Below are positions 1 to 14,678 of a DNA stretch of 64,000 nt, one piece after another (position 1 is the stretch's first letter; every line of letters begins with the position of its first letter). Location of the stretch: contig CM022676.1 in assembly GCA_012295275.1 (NCBI GenBank), forward strand, positions 1,054,001 through 1,118,000, given 5' to 3'. Both the position numbers and the translations under genes were made by a program. Below the pieces are notes generated by a model, which saw nothing but the letters and a program-made list of their open reading frames with translations, ran no database searches and had not been told where the DNA came from. This DNA comes from Chrysomallon squamiferum. Lineage: Eukaryota > Animalia > Mollusca.

Positions 1-344
1 AAAAATAGTTTGATCATTATAGCTGTGTGCACATGTATTCGACTTTATATCCACGTAAAGCTGTAAGACCCATATTGACAAAATTCTGCGCCAGTTTCTG
101 ACCCGAATTTGCAGATGGAGTGCGTTTCCATTATAAAGGTTATCTTGCAGTTGCACTGTCTTGTTCATATTGTGAGTGTGTATGCGTGACTAAAACTAAA
201 CATGTAAGTCAGGTAACGTACTCTGAACAACATGTTTAGTACAGTTCCACCTCTTCATTGTTTTCGTTTCAAACGTACTCCTCGTGAAACAGCAAACACA
301 CATCCTGCATTCAGAAGTTTTGCTTTTAACAATGTCATCGACCT

Positions 345-680
345 TTGAAAGTCGCTCTTATTACATTTACTAATAACAGAACTATCTTGTCTAATAATAC
401 CACCTGTAGCGCTGGTTTTACTATAATTAATACCAGCACTATCATGTCTAACAAGACTACCAGTAGCGCTCCTATTGCCATCATTAATACCAGCACCGTG
501 ATGTCGAGCACTATCATGTCTAATAATACCACCAGAAAAGATGCTACTACCTTCACTAATACCAGTACTATAATGTCTAATACCACCAGCACCGCTGCTA
601 TTACATTCTCTAATGCCAGCACTGTCGCGTCTAATAATACCAATGATATCCCTGCAGTTACCATCACAAACACCAAAATA
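345..680. repeat. Degenerate ~40-bp tandem repeat, open as a Thr/Ser/Asn-rich ORF on + and a Val/Leu-rich ORF on -
   Basis: Recurring ACTATCATGTCTAATAATACCACCAG motif; ORFs 345..695(+) and 335..676(-). Confidence 0.65.
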
Positions 681-1183
681 TTTTTAATTATTTAATTATT
701 TGTTATCTTTATTGCGCTATTATCAAATCTGAAATAATTTCAGATATTAAAATGATATGGGAAGAAATTAGAAAAGTTAAAATTATCAATATTATAAAAC
801 AGAAATTTATCAATACACTTATGATAAAATCTATGAATCAGATATTACACTGAATACTTAAGTCACTCATTAATATTTTCTATTTCAACAAAATAAATCA
901 GATTACAGATGAGAAGGATCTCTATCAAAAACATAATATGTATTCCTCTAAATCTGGTTATCCATTAAGTAGACATTAAGTTGTAGTAAATAGTTTCAGA
1001 GTTAACTATGCATACGTATTTAGATAGCTATTATCTTTTTATTTATTGGAATTATCTTCATTTAAAATAAAAAAATAAAAAATATATAAAAATAAAAATA
1101 AATAAACAAACAAACAAAAAAGGCAAAAGACAAGCAAAAACGAATACAAAAGTACAAAAATACATATGTAGTTTTTGTATGTC

Positions 1184-1186
<3 letters not shown>

Positions 1187-1233
<47 letters not shown>
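1187..1233. repeat. (TG)n microsatellite
   Basis: Pure TG run. Confidence 0.95.
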
Positions 1234-1235
<2 letters not shown>

Positions 1236-2086
1236 GCACAGGACAACTTGCTCACCCCAAAATTCGCCAGTGGTGATAATAACAACGGCGACGACGAGAA
1301 CAACAGCAATAACAATAATAACAACAATAATAATAATAGACATAAATATGAGAATACCCCCTAAAGATCAATAAAACAGTTTCAAACCGTAAAACTTTGT
1401 TACACAGTTGTTCTACTATTTAAGTATTTTAATACAGTACTATAATACATTTTTTTGTAATACAGTTGTCCTGTTTTTGTGTTAATATATTAATGTAATA
1501 ATATATTGTTATACATTTGATCCATTTGATCATAAAACAATAATATCATTATACATTATAATAAAGTCAGTTTGTTTATTCATCACCAAACTGGTGTTTT
1601 CGACTAAACAAAAAATCAGGTGGGAAAAAAATTATACGTAAAATTATAAGAATAACTTTCATACTTTATTATTTATTTATTTATTTATTTATTTGTTGTT
1701 CTATCTGAATTATGAAAAGGTAAATGGCTATTTCAGAGTAATAAAAAACATCATCATGCTTCCGAGGTTTCCTCTCTGGCAAAACCTACAAATAAATATT
1801 TAAGATTTAGAAAATAAAATATGTTTAGTTGCTTTTTGTTCACTTGATAAAATGTGTATATATGGCAATTACTTTCTTGCGGGAGATAACTCATGTTAAC
1901 ATGAGCTTTCAATTAAAACATAAATTCTTTAATTAATGTTCTGTACTAAAACGGGAAATAACAGGAATTACTTTAAATGAAATTAATTTGTTGATTTATG
2001 GTCTATATCAGCCTTCTCAAACAGGAGACTATAATTAACGTTACCTGTTTTTCTTTTTCTGCATGATCACTGACTATGATGTTTCG

Positions 2087-2088
<2 letters not shown>

Positions 2089-2128
<40 letters not shown>
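2089..2128. repeat. (TA)n microsatellite
   Basis: Pure TA run. Confidence 0.95.
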
Positions 2129-2131
<3 letters not shown>

Positions 2132-3506
2132 AGAGAAAAAGGAAATTTTGTTCTTTCACATTAAAAAACATTAACATAATGTTATTAACGTACAAGTCTA
2201 AATTTAACTTGACGTTTTATTATTTATTTATTTTTATTTATTATTCTTCTTATTTTATAAATTAACAATATTAATTTACAACTGTTGTAAAGACACAAAA
2301 TGTACGTTAGCATCCACTGACAGAGAGAATGAGCTTTACCCAGATTGAACTAATAATTATTTATTCAATTTCCCTAAATTATCTAACGCATTTGGGTACT
2401 TTCTGTATTTGAATTACCACTTTCAACTGCACCTATCTACGTTTTCTACTTGACTGAGACTTGTCTATTTTAGTTTCTTCTCTGTTCAAGCAAACTTCTG
2501 GGGACAAACACATTTGAAATAAAATATTTAATAAATCGTGCTTACAAAATAAAGTCAGTTACCACAAGTATTGTTTTTGTATCAGAGTATTTAACTAACT
2601 CTAATTCTTTCTGATAAAAAAAAAAATATATATATATATTAATAATGATAATAATAATGATAATAATAATAATAATAATAAGTAAAACAAAAAATAATAA
2701 TAATAAAAAAATTTAAAATTAAATTTTAAAAAACAAATATAATTAAAAATGTATAACTGTTATCTGGGTTACTAAAAATTGTTGAAAACGAACATCAGGA
2801 TTTATTTAAAATTCAGTAAATTTGTTATAATGCTCTATTGACTATAACCAGCCTTTTGGACCTGGAGGAAATAACACACATATTTTTGTGAACTGTTATA
2901 TAATTATCGTTACTTTGTATTCTTTCCTACTTGTCATGCATTTATTATGATGTTTCGCTCTTAATATTTTTAAATCACTTTAAAAGTAAACTTTATTCTT
3001 TCTTATAAATTTAATTAGACTGTCAGTGGTGTTTTGTTTGCTTTTATTTAAAATAATTTATTATAATTATTACTGTTATTATTATTGTAATTATTATTAT
3101 TTATAGATGTTGTTGTTGTTTTAGCCAAAATTATTATCGAGGAAAAGAAATGACTGCAAAGTTAATCTTGTATGATTGTGTGTAGATACTGCAGATAGTA
3201 AGTGTTTCTGCTTGATAAGTATAAACGGGATAAAGGGATAGAACACAGAACAGATCGGTAGGTGCAAACAGAATATATGTGCAGACAAACAAATAGATAA
3301 AGAAAGAAAGATAATAGATAAAGGTTCTTATTCCGTATTTCCGATGGTACTGCGGGCTCATCCTATAAAATAAAAAAAAAATTCCCCATTTTTTAAATAT
3401 ATTTTTTTTATATTATACAAACACAAACAGAATTTTTTAAACTTCGAAAATTTGATACATCTATGTTTTTAACTTTTTATTTTTTAAATTTATTTATTTA
3501 TTCATA

Positions 3507-3509
<3 letters not shown>

Positions 3510-3571
<62 letters not shown>

Positions 3572-3605
3572 TATTTTATTATTATTTATTTATTTATTTA
3601 TTTAT
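3510..3605. repeat. (ATT)n / (ATTT)n microsatellite
   Basis: Tri- and tetranucleotide runs. Confidence 0.9.
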
Positions 3606-6600
3606 TTTTTGTGTGAAAAGAAATACATTTTAATTTGATGTCTTGCGTCAAAGATTTATTCGGAATTACAAATTACTCTCCGGCTGCCAACGCAGTCTCA
3701 TGTAGAAATATCTAAAATTTTATTATTAAAATGTATTATTATAAATATTAACAAAATTATTAATAAACAGGAATCTCTTTTTATCGAACTAATGTCGTTA
3801 CCAAGATGTGTGCGCGTGCAGTTAGGATGCTGCAATTGAAATCAATGGTTTATGAAAAGAAAAAAAACAGCTGTATTTAACACTGACCTCGTGGATCGGC
3901 AGATAAACTGTCAGAAATTCTGTCACGGTCAGTCAGTTTATAATATCTACAAGTGTTATTTGAGTCTTATAACGTGAGATCTACAAGAAGTGATGAAAAT
4001 AAACGGAAGAGCTGTGATGAACTTCATTCGCCCTGAACTTTATACCAATATTTTATTATCTTGTTAATAATTACTCTTTGTATTTTTTCTGGTTATTTAC
4101 AGAACGGCAACCACTCATTCCGGATGTTCAAAACATACTTTCGCGAACTAGGACGAAATTTTTTTTAGTTTGTAATTGGACGAATCTTTGATGTATGATC
4201 GATGTGTTTTGATCGGTTGAAATTGAGAATATTTTTATAATGAAGCGTATTACATGGAAAATTGACGGATTTGATAAATTCCAAAATGAGGATAAAGAGG
4301 GGCATTCATGAAAATGATAAATAAAATCTACTTTCCACCAGCATTATCGCTTTCACTTTTTGTTCTCTTGGGCGCCATATTGGATAGGGTATAATAATAA
4401 AAAAATATATATACACATAAAAGCAGCAACACCATAAAAAATGCCTGTAATCCTTTCTTTGACCTGGTTTTGACGTAAGCATCTTTTCTTATCTTTACCG
4501 ACGTCAAAAGAAAGCTTGTCGTGGCGCGTCGCTGTAGTTCGTAACTCGGGACATTATTCGTAAACCGAGACAAAAATTGCCCTAGATCACACACATTATA
4601 TATATCTATATAGACTGTTTTGATTTCTTTATTTGAAGAAAAAGCAGTTTTAATGATAGATCCATGTATAAATGTCCCAGCTCATCGTGTTAAACATCCA
4701 TATCTATCTCTCTACCTATCTATCTTTCTATCAGCCAGTTCAAATGAAGGCCTTGTCTCTTAACTGTTAATGATTAACTATCTTTGTAGTAGTTGTGCTA
4801 GTAACTGCTAGGAGTGTTTGGGGCTGAAGAGAAAGAATTCAGACAGGGAATTGTTTTGGGGCTACACCGGATACCTTTTCAAATCAAGACTCCGATTTCA
4901 CTTGCATTATTATAATTATTATCATTGTTTATTAGCTAGATACTTATTCATTATAATTTATATCATAATATAAATAAATTTAAAAAACAAACAAAACAAT
5001 AAAATAACATTATTTTGGTATTCAGTTTTAGTGGGGTAACAGATGTAGATAATATTTAAATAGTTTGGAATTCAAAATTAAAATGTATAATCGGCAAGAT
5101 ATAATAAAATTACACAACAAACTGGAAAGAAACCTAACAGTGTGGTCATTTTAACTAATTTTTAAATTAATTCTGAATAACTTTAGAGGGAGAAATGCAT
5201 CGAAAATAAAGAGAAGTAGGTTAAACTAAGCGATAAACTATGCGCTGACTTCCTGTCAGCACTAAACTCCTTTAGCTGGTGAATCGAACACGTGATAGGG
5301 AAGAGAGAGAGAGAGCGGGAAAAAAAGACTGAGGGATTAAATCCCAACAAATTAACAACCGAAGAACAAGTGTCTAATAATGATACATTTACTTGAAGAT
5401 TAACCATAAAAGACAGATATGGCTGTTACACACTATGGACAATTTTTGCGACTGAGTCGCACTGTAATTTGTATTTGGATGGTGCATGCAGCCAAATCGG
5501 ATAACGAAAACTTAAAAAACCTTTCACTTCCTGTTTCTGTAAACGTCTTAAAAGATGAAAACTCTGAAAGTGCCAAGTGTCTGAATGGCGTCACTTCGGT
5601 TTTAAGATCTTCCAGATACGGTGGAGTTGCTCTAAATACGACGGTTGTCAATGCATCTTTTGGTACCAATTATAATTGGCTCTCAAGTTTTATTCATTTA
5701 CCACTATAACGAAATTGAGAATGAGGTATGTTAGTCAACTTACAGTTACACTATTTTAAGTATTTATAATGACAGAATACTTCATTATATGTATTTTGTT
5801 ATGAAGTGTCCAATATAGATACATTAACAAAATGAATAACTGAATAAAGCATAAGAAAATGCATGTTGATTTTATTTTGAACACTAAAAATACTGAGTCA
5901 CTGACATCTAGTATACTGTATAGGTACCGGCAGCCTAGCCGATATAATTGGTCGAAGCTGTTCCTCCACTCCCAAATCCCTTCTATAAATCATATAATAC
6001 AAATACATGTAACTAAAGATCTTTATGTGCTCTTTTAAATGGTGGTGGTGTTCTTGTTTTATGTTAAATCAGTTCTTTGTACGAGTGTTAAACGCGGTGG
6101 GGGTAAACGCACTTCGGCGCCCGTGGTCAGCAATTAACAGCGTGGAGTAAAAAGTCCTAAAATAGGGTCGCTCTACAAACGCCTGGCTTGTTTTCGCTAA
6201 AATGGCTTCAATGTTATTTTTAGCACACCTAGGCGGGTCAAAGTTCAATCTTTCTAACAGCGTGCATGTCGCTGGCAATGGCTTATATCAAAAGTTGTGT
6301 CCAAAAATGTACTTTTTCATGCCTTCAAACCTGTTTTGAGAAAAAAATATCACTCAATTACCTTTCAAACAATGCGCGACACTACGGTGTATCGTCTTTG
6401 GCGAAAACAAGCTCCGCGTTTGAACGTAGCACGTGCTTAGCGAAATCGCCATTACGTTACTTTTTTTTTACAGAACGAAATTGCCGTAGATCTTATGTAC
6501 AGCTAGAAAGGTCTGGCGCTGTTTAAAATGATTATTTATATGTTGTTTATATTTTTAATAACTTGTTGCCTGTTTGTTTTTCTTCAGTGTTCCTACTTTT

Positions 6601-9574
6601 AGCGTATACATTATAGCACGTGCGTAGCGAAATCGCGTTCTGAAATAAACGAATTAACATTGTTTTGCCGATTACTATCTTCAGTTTAAAACCGTCGATT
6701 GTTTTGCTTTCAAAATTCTTGCAATAAACGTCGAATTAAGAATCGTAAACATAACAAACTATACAACATAACAGAACAATGTATTCAGAGGTATTAATGG
6801 AATGCTGAATAAAAAAATCTAATCACTTTTTTAAAATGTAAAATCATAAATGATCAGTTTTAAAACATTATTTTTGCTTGTTGATAAGCTCTATCACAGA
6901 AAATTTCAACAATAGTCAGATGATAGGTAACTTTCACAGCAAGTACAAAGCTAAGAAAATTATTTTATGTTTGCTTCAAATGACAGACTTATAACACCTG
7001 TGTCTTTAATTGCCTCTAGTCTCATGATTACATACATGTCCCTGATTAATACCTGCAACACTTTTCTGGAGTTGACTCCAAGGATTAGCTAAGTTTATGT
7101 ATTGCAAAGGATTATGGTTAAACATCAAATGCTTGTAGACCTTTTAAGTAAAATTTAGATATATATGATATATACACATCACTGTATCTTAACTTATTAC
7201 TACCAATTATTTAATAGAGTGAAAATTGAAGCTGCTTATGTAAATAAAGTTGTGCTGTTCTATATAAATTGAAAAGGTAATTTTTTTTTATGGGCTTGGT
7301 AGAATTTTTTTTATTATTATTACAAATGTTAAATTCAAGTATGTCATTTGAAAGATATTGATAAATTGTTCATAAAAACTGAAACCACTGTCTATTTGAA
7401 CTTTTAGTCATTCTGCCATGTGTCATTTTGAAGATTTTGGCATGTTCAGCATGTTATTGTGAACACACATACAAATAGACAGGTCTGAAAAAAATTGAGC
7501 TCATTTAGCAAGTTGGTACCATCACTCTTGTTGATTTTCAGCCTTTTGTGCCAATTACTTTTCAAACTACAGTTGGCCGAAGTAGCCCTTTCTGCTAATT
7601 AGCCAAAAGAGGGCTAAAAAACAACCAAATACCTGTCATACCAATTTGCTGCTGGAGATAGAGTCATAATTTTTTGTGTGTTTTCATTCTTTTTGCTACA
7701 GCTTTCATGTGCTATATGATTTTTTTGCATATTATGTGAAATTAAAGTCAGAAAAAATTTGCTTGCCAGTACCTACTAGTATGATAGTGCTAAAGTAACA
7801 AGAAGAAAAACAGGATACAATGTTCCCACTATATAATTATTCTGTTATTTCTTTTCATTTATTAGTTTAGTTATTAATTTACATATTTGTTTGTTTTGGT
7901 TGGTGCTGTAATGTTTTTATAACAACATCCTTGCATTTCAATCAATTTATTCATTTATTTATTTATTTATTATTATTATTATCATTATTATTATTATTAT
8001 TATCATTATTATTATTATTATTTCTGTAATGAATGATATTAGTTGTTAATATTCATTCTTGTTACTAACATAATTATTCATACAGAATTTTTTTTATCTA
8101 GATTTGCTTATTATTATTATGTTATTCGTTTATTGTTGTGACAGATAATTCATGCTTGTTATTTACAAATATTGTAGATTATTCATATTGAAATTTCATT
8201 TCTGGATATACTTACATTTCACTGTTGTGGTGTTCTTGTTTGCAGAAACACAGCAGTTTCCTATTATATAGAATTTAAATCTGGACAATTCAAAACAAGG
8301 ACAAAAATAACAAACCCACAGTGTTTGAATTCAGACTTCAGTAATAATGTAAAGAATAAAACAATAATTAAGAATGTACAAAATCTTATTTGTTGATTAT
8401 TAATGACATTTCTTTTTCTTGGAAAGGTGAAAAACAAAAGAAAAAATTATTAATAATAAAAAAAAAAAAAGAAAAAAAAAGGCCAAGTAAATGGCTGTTG
8501 ATAGAAATAAGATAATGGCTATGGTTTGTTACAGTACATTTCATATTTGTGCATCATTACTCACACACTTTTCTGGTGTTGAACTCGGCATGCAATAATC
8601 TTTTAAAAAAAAAATACAAATGTTGTATTTCATGATATTTGCATGATAAAACAGAAAATAACAAGAATTATATGAAATGAAATTATAACAAGCACATTTA
8701 ATTTTAATTTTTATTTGCTATCTTATATCATTTTATGCTTCTCCATAGTCAGCAGGAGCTGTTTTTCAGTTCAGTGAATGTGTCTTTCATTGTTCTCTCG
8801 TTTCTTTCTTTTTCTGTTTGCTTGTTTATTTGGTTTTTTGTTTAAAACAATTCAGTGATGTTATTTTTGGGTTGATAAATAAATTATAACAATTTGTTTT
8901 AATTTCATATATCCTTACTATTTTGTAAATCGAACTCTTTGCCCGATGAATCCAGAAGAAAGAAAGAAAATGAGAAAGGAGCAGTCAATTTATGTAGAAC
9001 TGTCAACCATGGCTCAAAATAACACTCCATTTATGTTCCAGGCAAAGTTTTTGAAAGACTTTAAAATAGGGTAACACAAAAATGATCTTCTTTATTAATG
9101 TGTTTATTGTATGTTAGTGTATGTTCAGTTACTGAGTTTTATTTATATCTTTGTGTGTGTGGAAATAAAATTTGTTTCTATGTATATGTTAAGAGTATGC
9201 TGAATAATTATTTTCTTGTATACTTCACTATAAATGTTTCTGTTTTTTAATTCTTTACACTAGATGAAATATGTGTTTAAAAGTCTCTGATAAAATGATC
9301 CTGCTAAATATATGAATTATTTAACTTTGAAATATCATATTTTGGATAATGAAAACTAAGTAAAAAAAACCCCTGCTTTTAATACAAGAAATTCTTTCAT
9401 AATTAGCAGAAAGGTGTCTTTTAAATAACGTTTATTCATTAGACAGAAAAACAAATCAACAGCTAAAGTTTGACATCCTAACTGTGACTGAGTTACTGTT
9501 TTCTCTTGAAATTCATAAATTCTATTTTATTTTTTCAGAAGCCAAATAATTAATTATTTGTTTTCTTTTGTCAG

Positions 9575-9636
9575 AAACCATCTCCAAAACAAGAGGCATC
9601 ATTTCCAAGCAGGTTAACATTTCACTGGATAAACTG
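9575..9636 (+). CDS. ABCC1: ABCC1-like exon, L0/lasso linker (KPSPKQEASFPSRLTFHWIN)
   Basis: tcag acceptor, TG|gtcagt donor; resembles MRP1 CPESSASFLSRITFWW. Confidence 0.85.
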
Positions 9637-9699
9637 GTCAGTGTTGTTACTTTCAGTGTCAATCTTCATAAAATTGGTATTGTTGAAAAAGCAATATGA

Positions 9700-11139
9700 T
9701 AAGGATTTCAAATCTGCCATGATTGTTCAGTTTTGAAAATTTGGGGGTCACTGATCTTTTGACCTTTGTTATGGCCTTGAAATTGACCGTGTGGATCTCA
9801 TGAACTTGAGATGACCTTTATTGAAATTTAATTTCCCACATGTTAACTAAAATATATAAAAGTTTCCTGGGTGTAATATTTTTTGTTTAGCCACAATATA
9901 GATTTAAATTATGCAGGTCCATGAAAATAACACCTTTTCTGCCATTAACATCTGATTAACTAAAACCTGAATGATCAATTCTGGATGCTAGGAATCACCA
10001 TCTCTTTTTATCACCAAGTAAGACATTGTAGGCCTACATGTATGCATAAAGTTCACATACATTTGAGAGAACTAGGTGTTTCTGATGCTTAAACTTCTCA
10101 CCATCTTTGTTTCAAATGCTCACTGCATCCTTCATTCCCGGACACATTCTATTGTTCTCGTCACTTTCATAAAATTGGACATTTCCTCCTCCAATTCATT
10201 TAACAGAACTTTCCCTTGTTTCTTCTCACAGAGGAATAGAACCCCTTTCTTTTTCTTCACTGCACAGCTTTTTTTCACAAGGTAATTCGTTGTTTCATTG
10301 TCCTTCCAATGGTAAAGGGTGACAAAGTCAAGATTTGCACACGATCTGGGTAGGATTCGAATTTGTTGAATTTCTCTTTTTCCTCAGTTTTCCATACACT
10401 TTGCAACAACTTCTTTTTGGTATGATGGTGTTGATAACACACATTTTCAGGAGAGTAAAAGCTGCAGTTCGCCCTGGAAGAAATAAGGATTTTTAGTATT
10501 GCCTGAACCTTCATTTCAATAGAACAAAGTCAGTGGTTTCCTAAATACCAAATCAAACCCTGAAACCCTTTTGGTAAAATTAAGCAGGTCATAAAATGGC
10601 AGCAGAGTACATGTGTTATTGCCGAAGGCTCACAAGCCTTGGGCATTTAGGTCAAACGTTTCAAGTATAAATCACAGTTTATCAAGGTGAAGGTAGGCCT
10701 TGTACATACTCTGTGCTGAAGACCAGGTGTACAAATACATTATGCAGTACATCACTTGATGAAGTCTGATTTCAACTGGGTTGTTCTGTTGTTGACTGAA
10801 ACCTTGTTCAAGACTATTGGCAAGGCCACACAACATGATAAAATGACTTTACAATCAACATCTCAAGGTCACATGATCCACAAGGTCATAAGTTTCAAGG
10901 TCATAACAAAGGTCAAAAGGTCAGTGACCCCCAAATTTTAAAGGGTTTAAAGGTTGGTGGTCATTACCATTTTTGCCAAAAATCTCAAAATTCAGGGGGG
11001 GGGGTCATATCTCCCTCACCAATTGGCCTAAAATTTCAGATTTGGTGCTGTGGGATCCCAGTCAACAAGTATAAAAAGATTCATAAAATTCTGAGACGGT
11101 CGGGTTTAACCCATTGGGTGATTTGACATGGACTGACCC
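9700..11139 (-). mobile_element. Sola2-like DNA transposon remnant in intron
   Basis: Minus strand begins GGGTCAGTCCATGTCAAATC at 11139; ~80-bp inverted repeats 9736-9813 / 10859-10939; frameshifted transposase-like peptide VQFYESDENNRMCPGMKDAVSI*NKDGEKFKHQKHLVLSNVCELY at ~10040-10180. Left end uncertain; family assigned from recalled motifs. Confidence 0.7.
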
Positions 11140-11958
11140 AATACCACTGTGAAACATCTGACTGCAGCCATTTTACTTCTTTTCATCTTGAGTGTCATCA
11201 CGTGTGGAGGATTGATAGTTGTTTTAGTCTGGTGTTAGAACAAACTTGAGATCAAACAGATCTGTGAATGATGTCAAAGACTGCGGAAATGTGGCAACAC
11301 CAAATATTTTAACTGAAACCTTTTGATAGCAAAACAATATTTATACTGACTTTTTTCTATATTATCAGTAGACACACATTAATTTTGTTGCTTTGCAGTT
11401 ATTGCCAGATATGTTGGTTAAATATTTTCAAACAACTTATTACTGCAGTTTTTTTTCATTATAAATATTTCTTACCATTGTGCTCTACAATTCCTTACTG
11501 TTGAAGTGTTACATAAATTGAGTGTTTTGTGTTGTCCAGGGGCTGTCATACACTTTTCCTGGTTTGAATATGAAAAGGAATAAAATAAAATATAGATAAA
11601 ACAAAATAAGTAGTTTGAAACTATTCCATATCATAATAATTATGAAGACAGTGATGAAAATTGAAATATATTTTAAATCACTATACAAGTATTTACATGT
11701 CTCTTTTCTGTTTGTTGATCAGACTGCTTTATTTATGCTACAAAAAATGATATAAATATACAAAACAATAATAAAATAATAAACAAATGTTATGAGTACA
11801 TACAAGACTTACATTTGACTTTAATTGTATTTCATTCATTAAGAATGAAGTTAAGATTATTTAAATTGTAGACATTCATTTCACTTTAATTGTTATTTCT
11901 TTTATTAAGAGTGAAGTTAAGATTATTTAAATCTGTGTTTTTTCTGTTTCTTGGTCAG

Positions 11959-12099
11959 ACTGGTTTATCTAGGGTACAAAAAGTCGCTAGAAGAAGATGA
12001 TTTGTTTGAGTTACACCCACGAGACAAAAGTGCGAGAACTGTACCCCAGTTTTCTAAACAGTGGCAGAAAGAACTGAGTTCAGTGCGCAGAAAAAATCT
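11959..12099 (+). CDS. ABCC1: ABCC1-like exon (LVYLGYKKSLEEDDLFELHPRDKS...)
   Basis: tcag acceptor, gtgag donor; GYxxxLxxxDL motif of MRP L0. Confidence 0.85.
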
Positions 12100-12445
12100 G
12101 TGAGAAATTTAAATTTAATAATAAATTAACAATGCTTCAAAAAATAATAACAAAATTATTTTACATTTTATATTAATTGTATTATTATGGCAATGAACAG
12201 CAGATGCAGGTTCAACTATTCAGGTTTTTAAGTAGAATCCTTTCTAACAAATAAAGGGTATCTGTCTATGAATGTGTGTGTGTGTGTGTTTGCATGTGTC
12301 TCTCTGCATGTTTGTAGTTTGTGTGTGTGAATGTGTGTATTTGTGAATGTAATGTGTGTGTATCTCTGTATGTGTATGTGAATGTATAGGTATGTGGGTT
12401 TATATTCTATGTGAAACATTTTATATAACATTTTCCTTTTTTCAG

Positions 12446-12709
12446 ACAGTATCAGAAACAGCAGATAGTTGGCCATTTTCATGTTTCAAACTTGCACACG
12501 AACCAGACCTCAGAGAGAACTCCTCTACTCGGAAATGGACCTCACAAAGAGGAGGTTCAGTTCAAGGGAGTTAAATCTGAAAAGAAAAAGCTCAAACAGG
12601 CCTCATTATTCAAAGTTCTCTTCAAAACCTACTTTTTAGAAATTTCAGTTGCATGGATGTGTAAATTCATTTATGATCTGCTTCAGTTTGTGAGTCCAAT
12701 GATATTAAG
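12446..12709 (+). CDS. ABCC1: ABCC1-like exon, start of TMD1 (...ASLFKVLFKTY...YDLLQFVSPMIL)
   Basis: ttttcag acceptor, gtaagt donor, phase-compatible with neighbours. Confidence 0.87.
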
Positions 12710-13205
12710 GTAAGTCTGCTTTAAATTTTAAATAAATTATAAAATTAGCAGAAAATATGTGTGTCTGTGTGCGGTTAAACTACATTGCTCTAGTATGGTA
12801 GATAAAAATGTCTTAGTTAAGATATTTTACAATACTTATACAGCATTTCTGTCAGTGTAAATCTGAAATCATATCTTGGAATGAATGAATGCTTAATAAC
12901 AACACAGCAACCCCCCCCAAAAAAACCCCAAAATCAATTGGGTTTCAGAGAGAGGTAGGAATTTGAATCAAATAAAGCCTATCTTGGGTGATACAAGAAA
13001 TAGTCTGATTATGTTCTGTATACTTACCAGTTATGTTTCATTTCATTTTTTTTTTTTTTTTTTTGCTACTTGGTTTTACCTGAAAACTAAAGAATTTTGT
13101 TTCAAAATATCTGTCGTCAAAATGCCATTGCATTCAAGCTGGACAATTTCTAAAGTGTTTTTTTCTGTTTTATATTTTTGTTATGTGTTATATCTGTGTT
13201 TGCAG

Positions 13206-13386
13206 TGTTCTGATTGGTTACACACAAAACAAGGATGCTGAGCCTCAGTGGAAGGGATTTGTGTTTGCCAGTTCATTCTTTGTTGTTGCTGTGTTTCAGT
13301 CCACTTTGTTTCACATGACGTTTCACATTGGAATGACCCTCGGAATGAGAATCAAATCTGCTCTGATCTCAGCTATCTACAGAAAA
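13206..13386 (+). CDS. ABCC1: ABCC1-like TMD1 exon (...QWKGFVFA...GMRIKSALISAIYRK)
   Basis: tgcag / gtaaat; conserved motif. Confidence 0.9.
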
Positions 13387-13543
13387 GTAAATGTTCTCAA
13401 TAATAAGTCTACCACACTCAGCAATTCCCAGTTTTTGGGGTTGACAGTTAAAAATAGTTTTCATATATTTTATTTATTTATTTACTATAACTATTGCTAT
13501 TATTATTGCCATTGCTATTATTGTTGTATTAGTATTATTAATT

Positions 13544-13575
<32 letters not shown>

Positions 13576-13900
13576 GTGTCTAATTTTAATGTATCTTATA
13601 AATTGCTAAGAGATTTATGAGCACGAAAAAGACAAACAGCCTGGAATATATCAGTTGTATTTCACTTGTTAATTTTACATTCATATTTCACTATACAATA
13701 ATACAAAAATGAGTATCTATTTTTAATTAACACATTAATACATTTTAAAACATTATTTTAATTGTAATTCAGTTGGTTTTCCCATATTTATAAATATAAT
13801 CTAATTTTGTTTAACTTGTGTCTATTTTAATTATGCTGTAACAGTGGATTCAGAATTGTTTTTCAAACGTTAATTCACATGTTAATCGTGTGTATCTTGA

Positions 13901-14585
<685 letters not shown>

Positions 14586-14678
14586 TGTTAAATTAAGATA
14601 TTTTTGAATTCTGTAGGGAGACATTAGATTGTGAAAAATATCTTTTAATTCTAGACATAAGATATTTGTGAATTTCAG

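Noticed and set aside
1039-1374. HT- and CV-repeat ORFs (also at 23743-24374)
   Set aside because: Translations of (TG)n microsatellites
2000-2960. Diverged ~90-bp direct repeat (~2003-2090 and ~2843-2960)
   Set aside because: Old local duplication with no further structure
5183-5709. Short ORFs as TMD0 exons or a separate gene
   Set aside because: No recognisable motifs or convincing splice context
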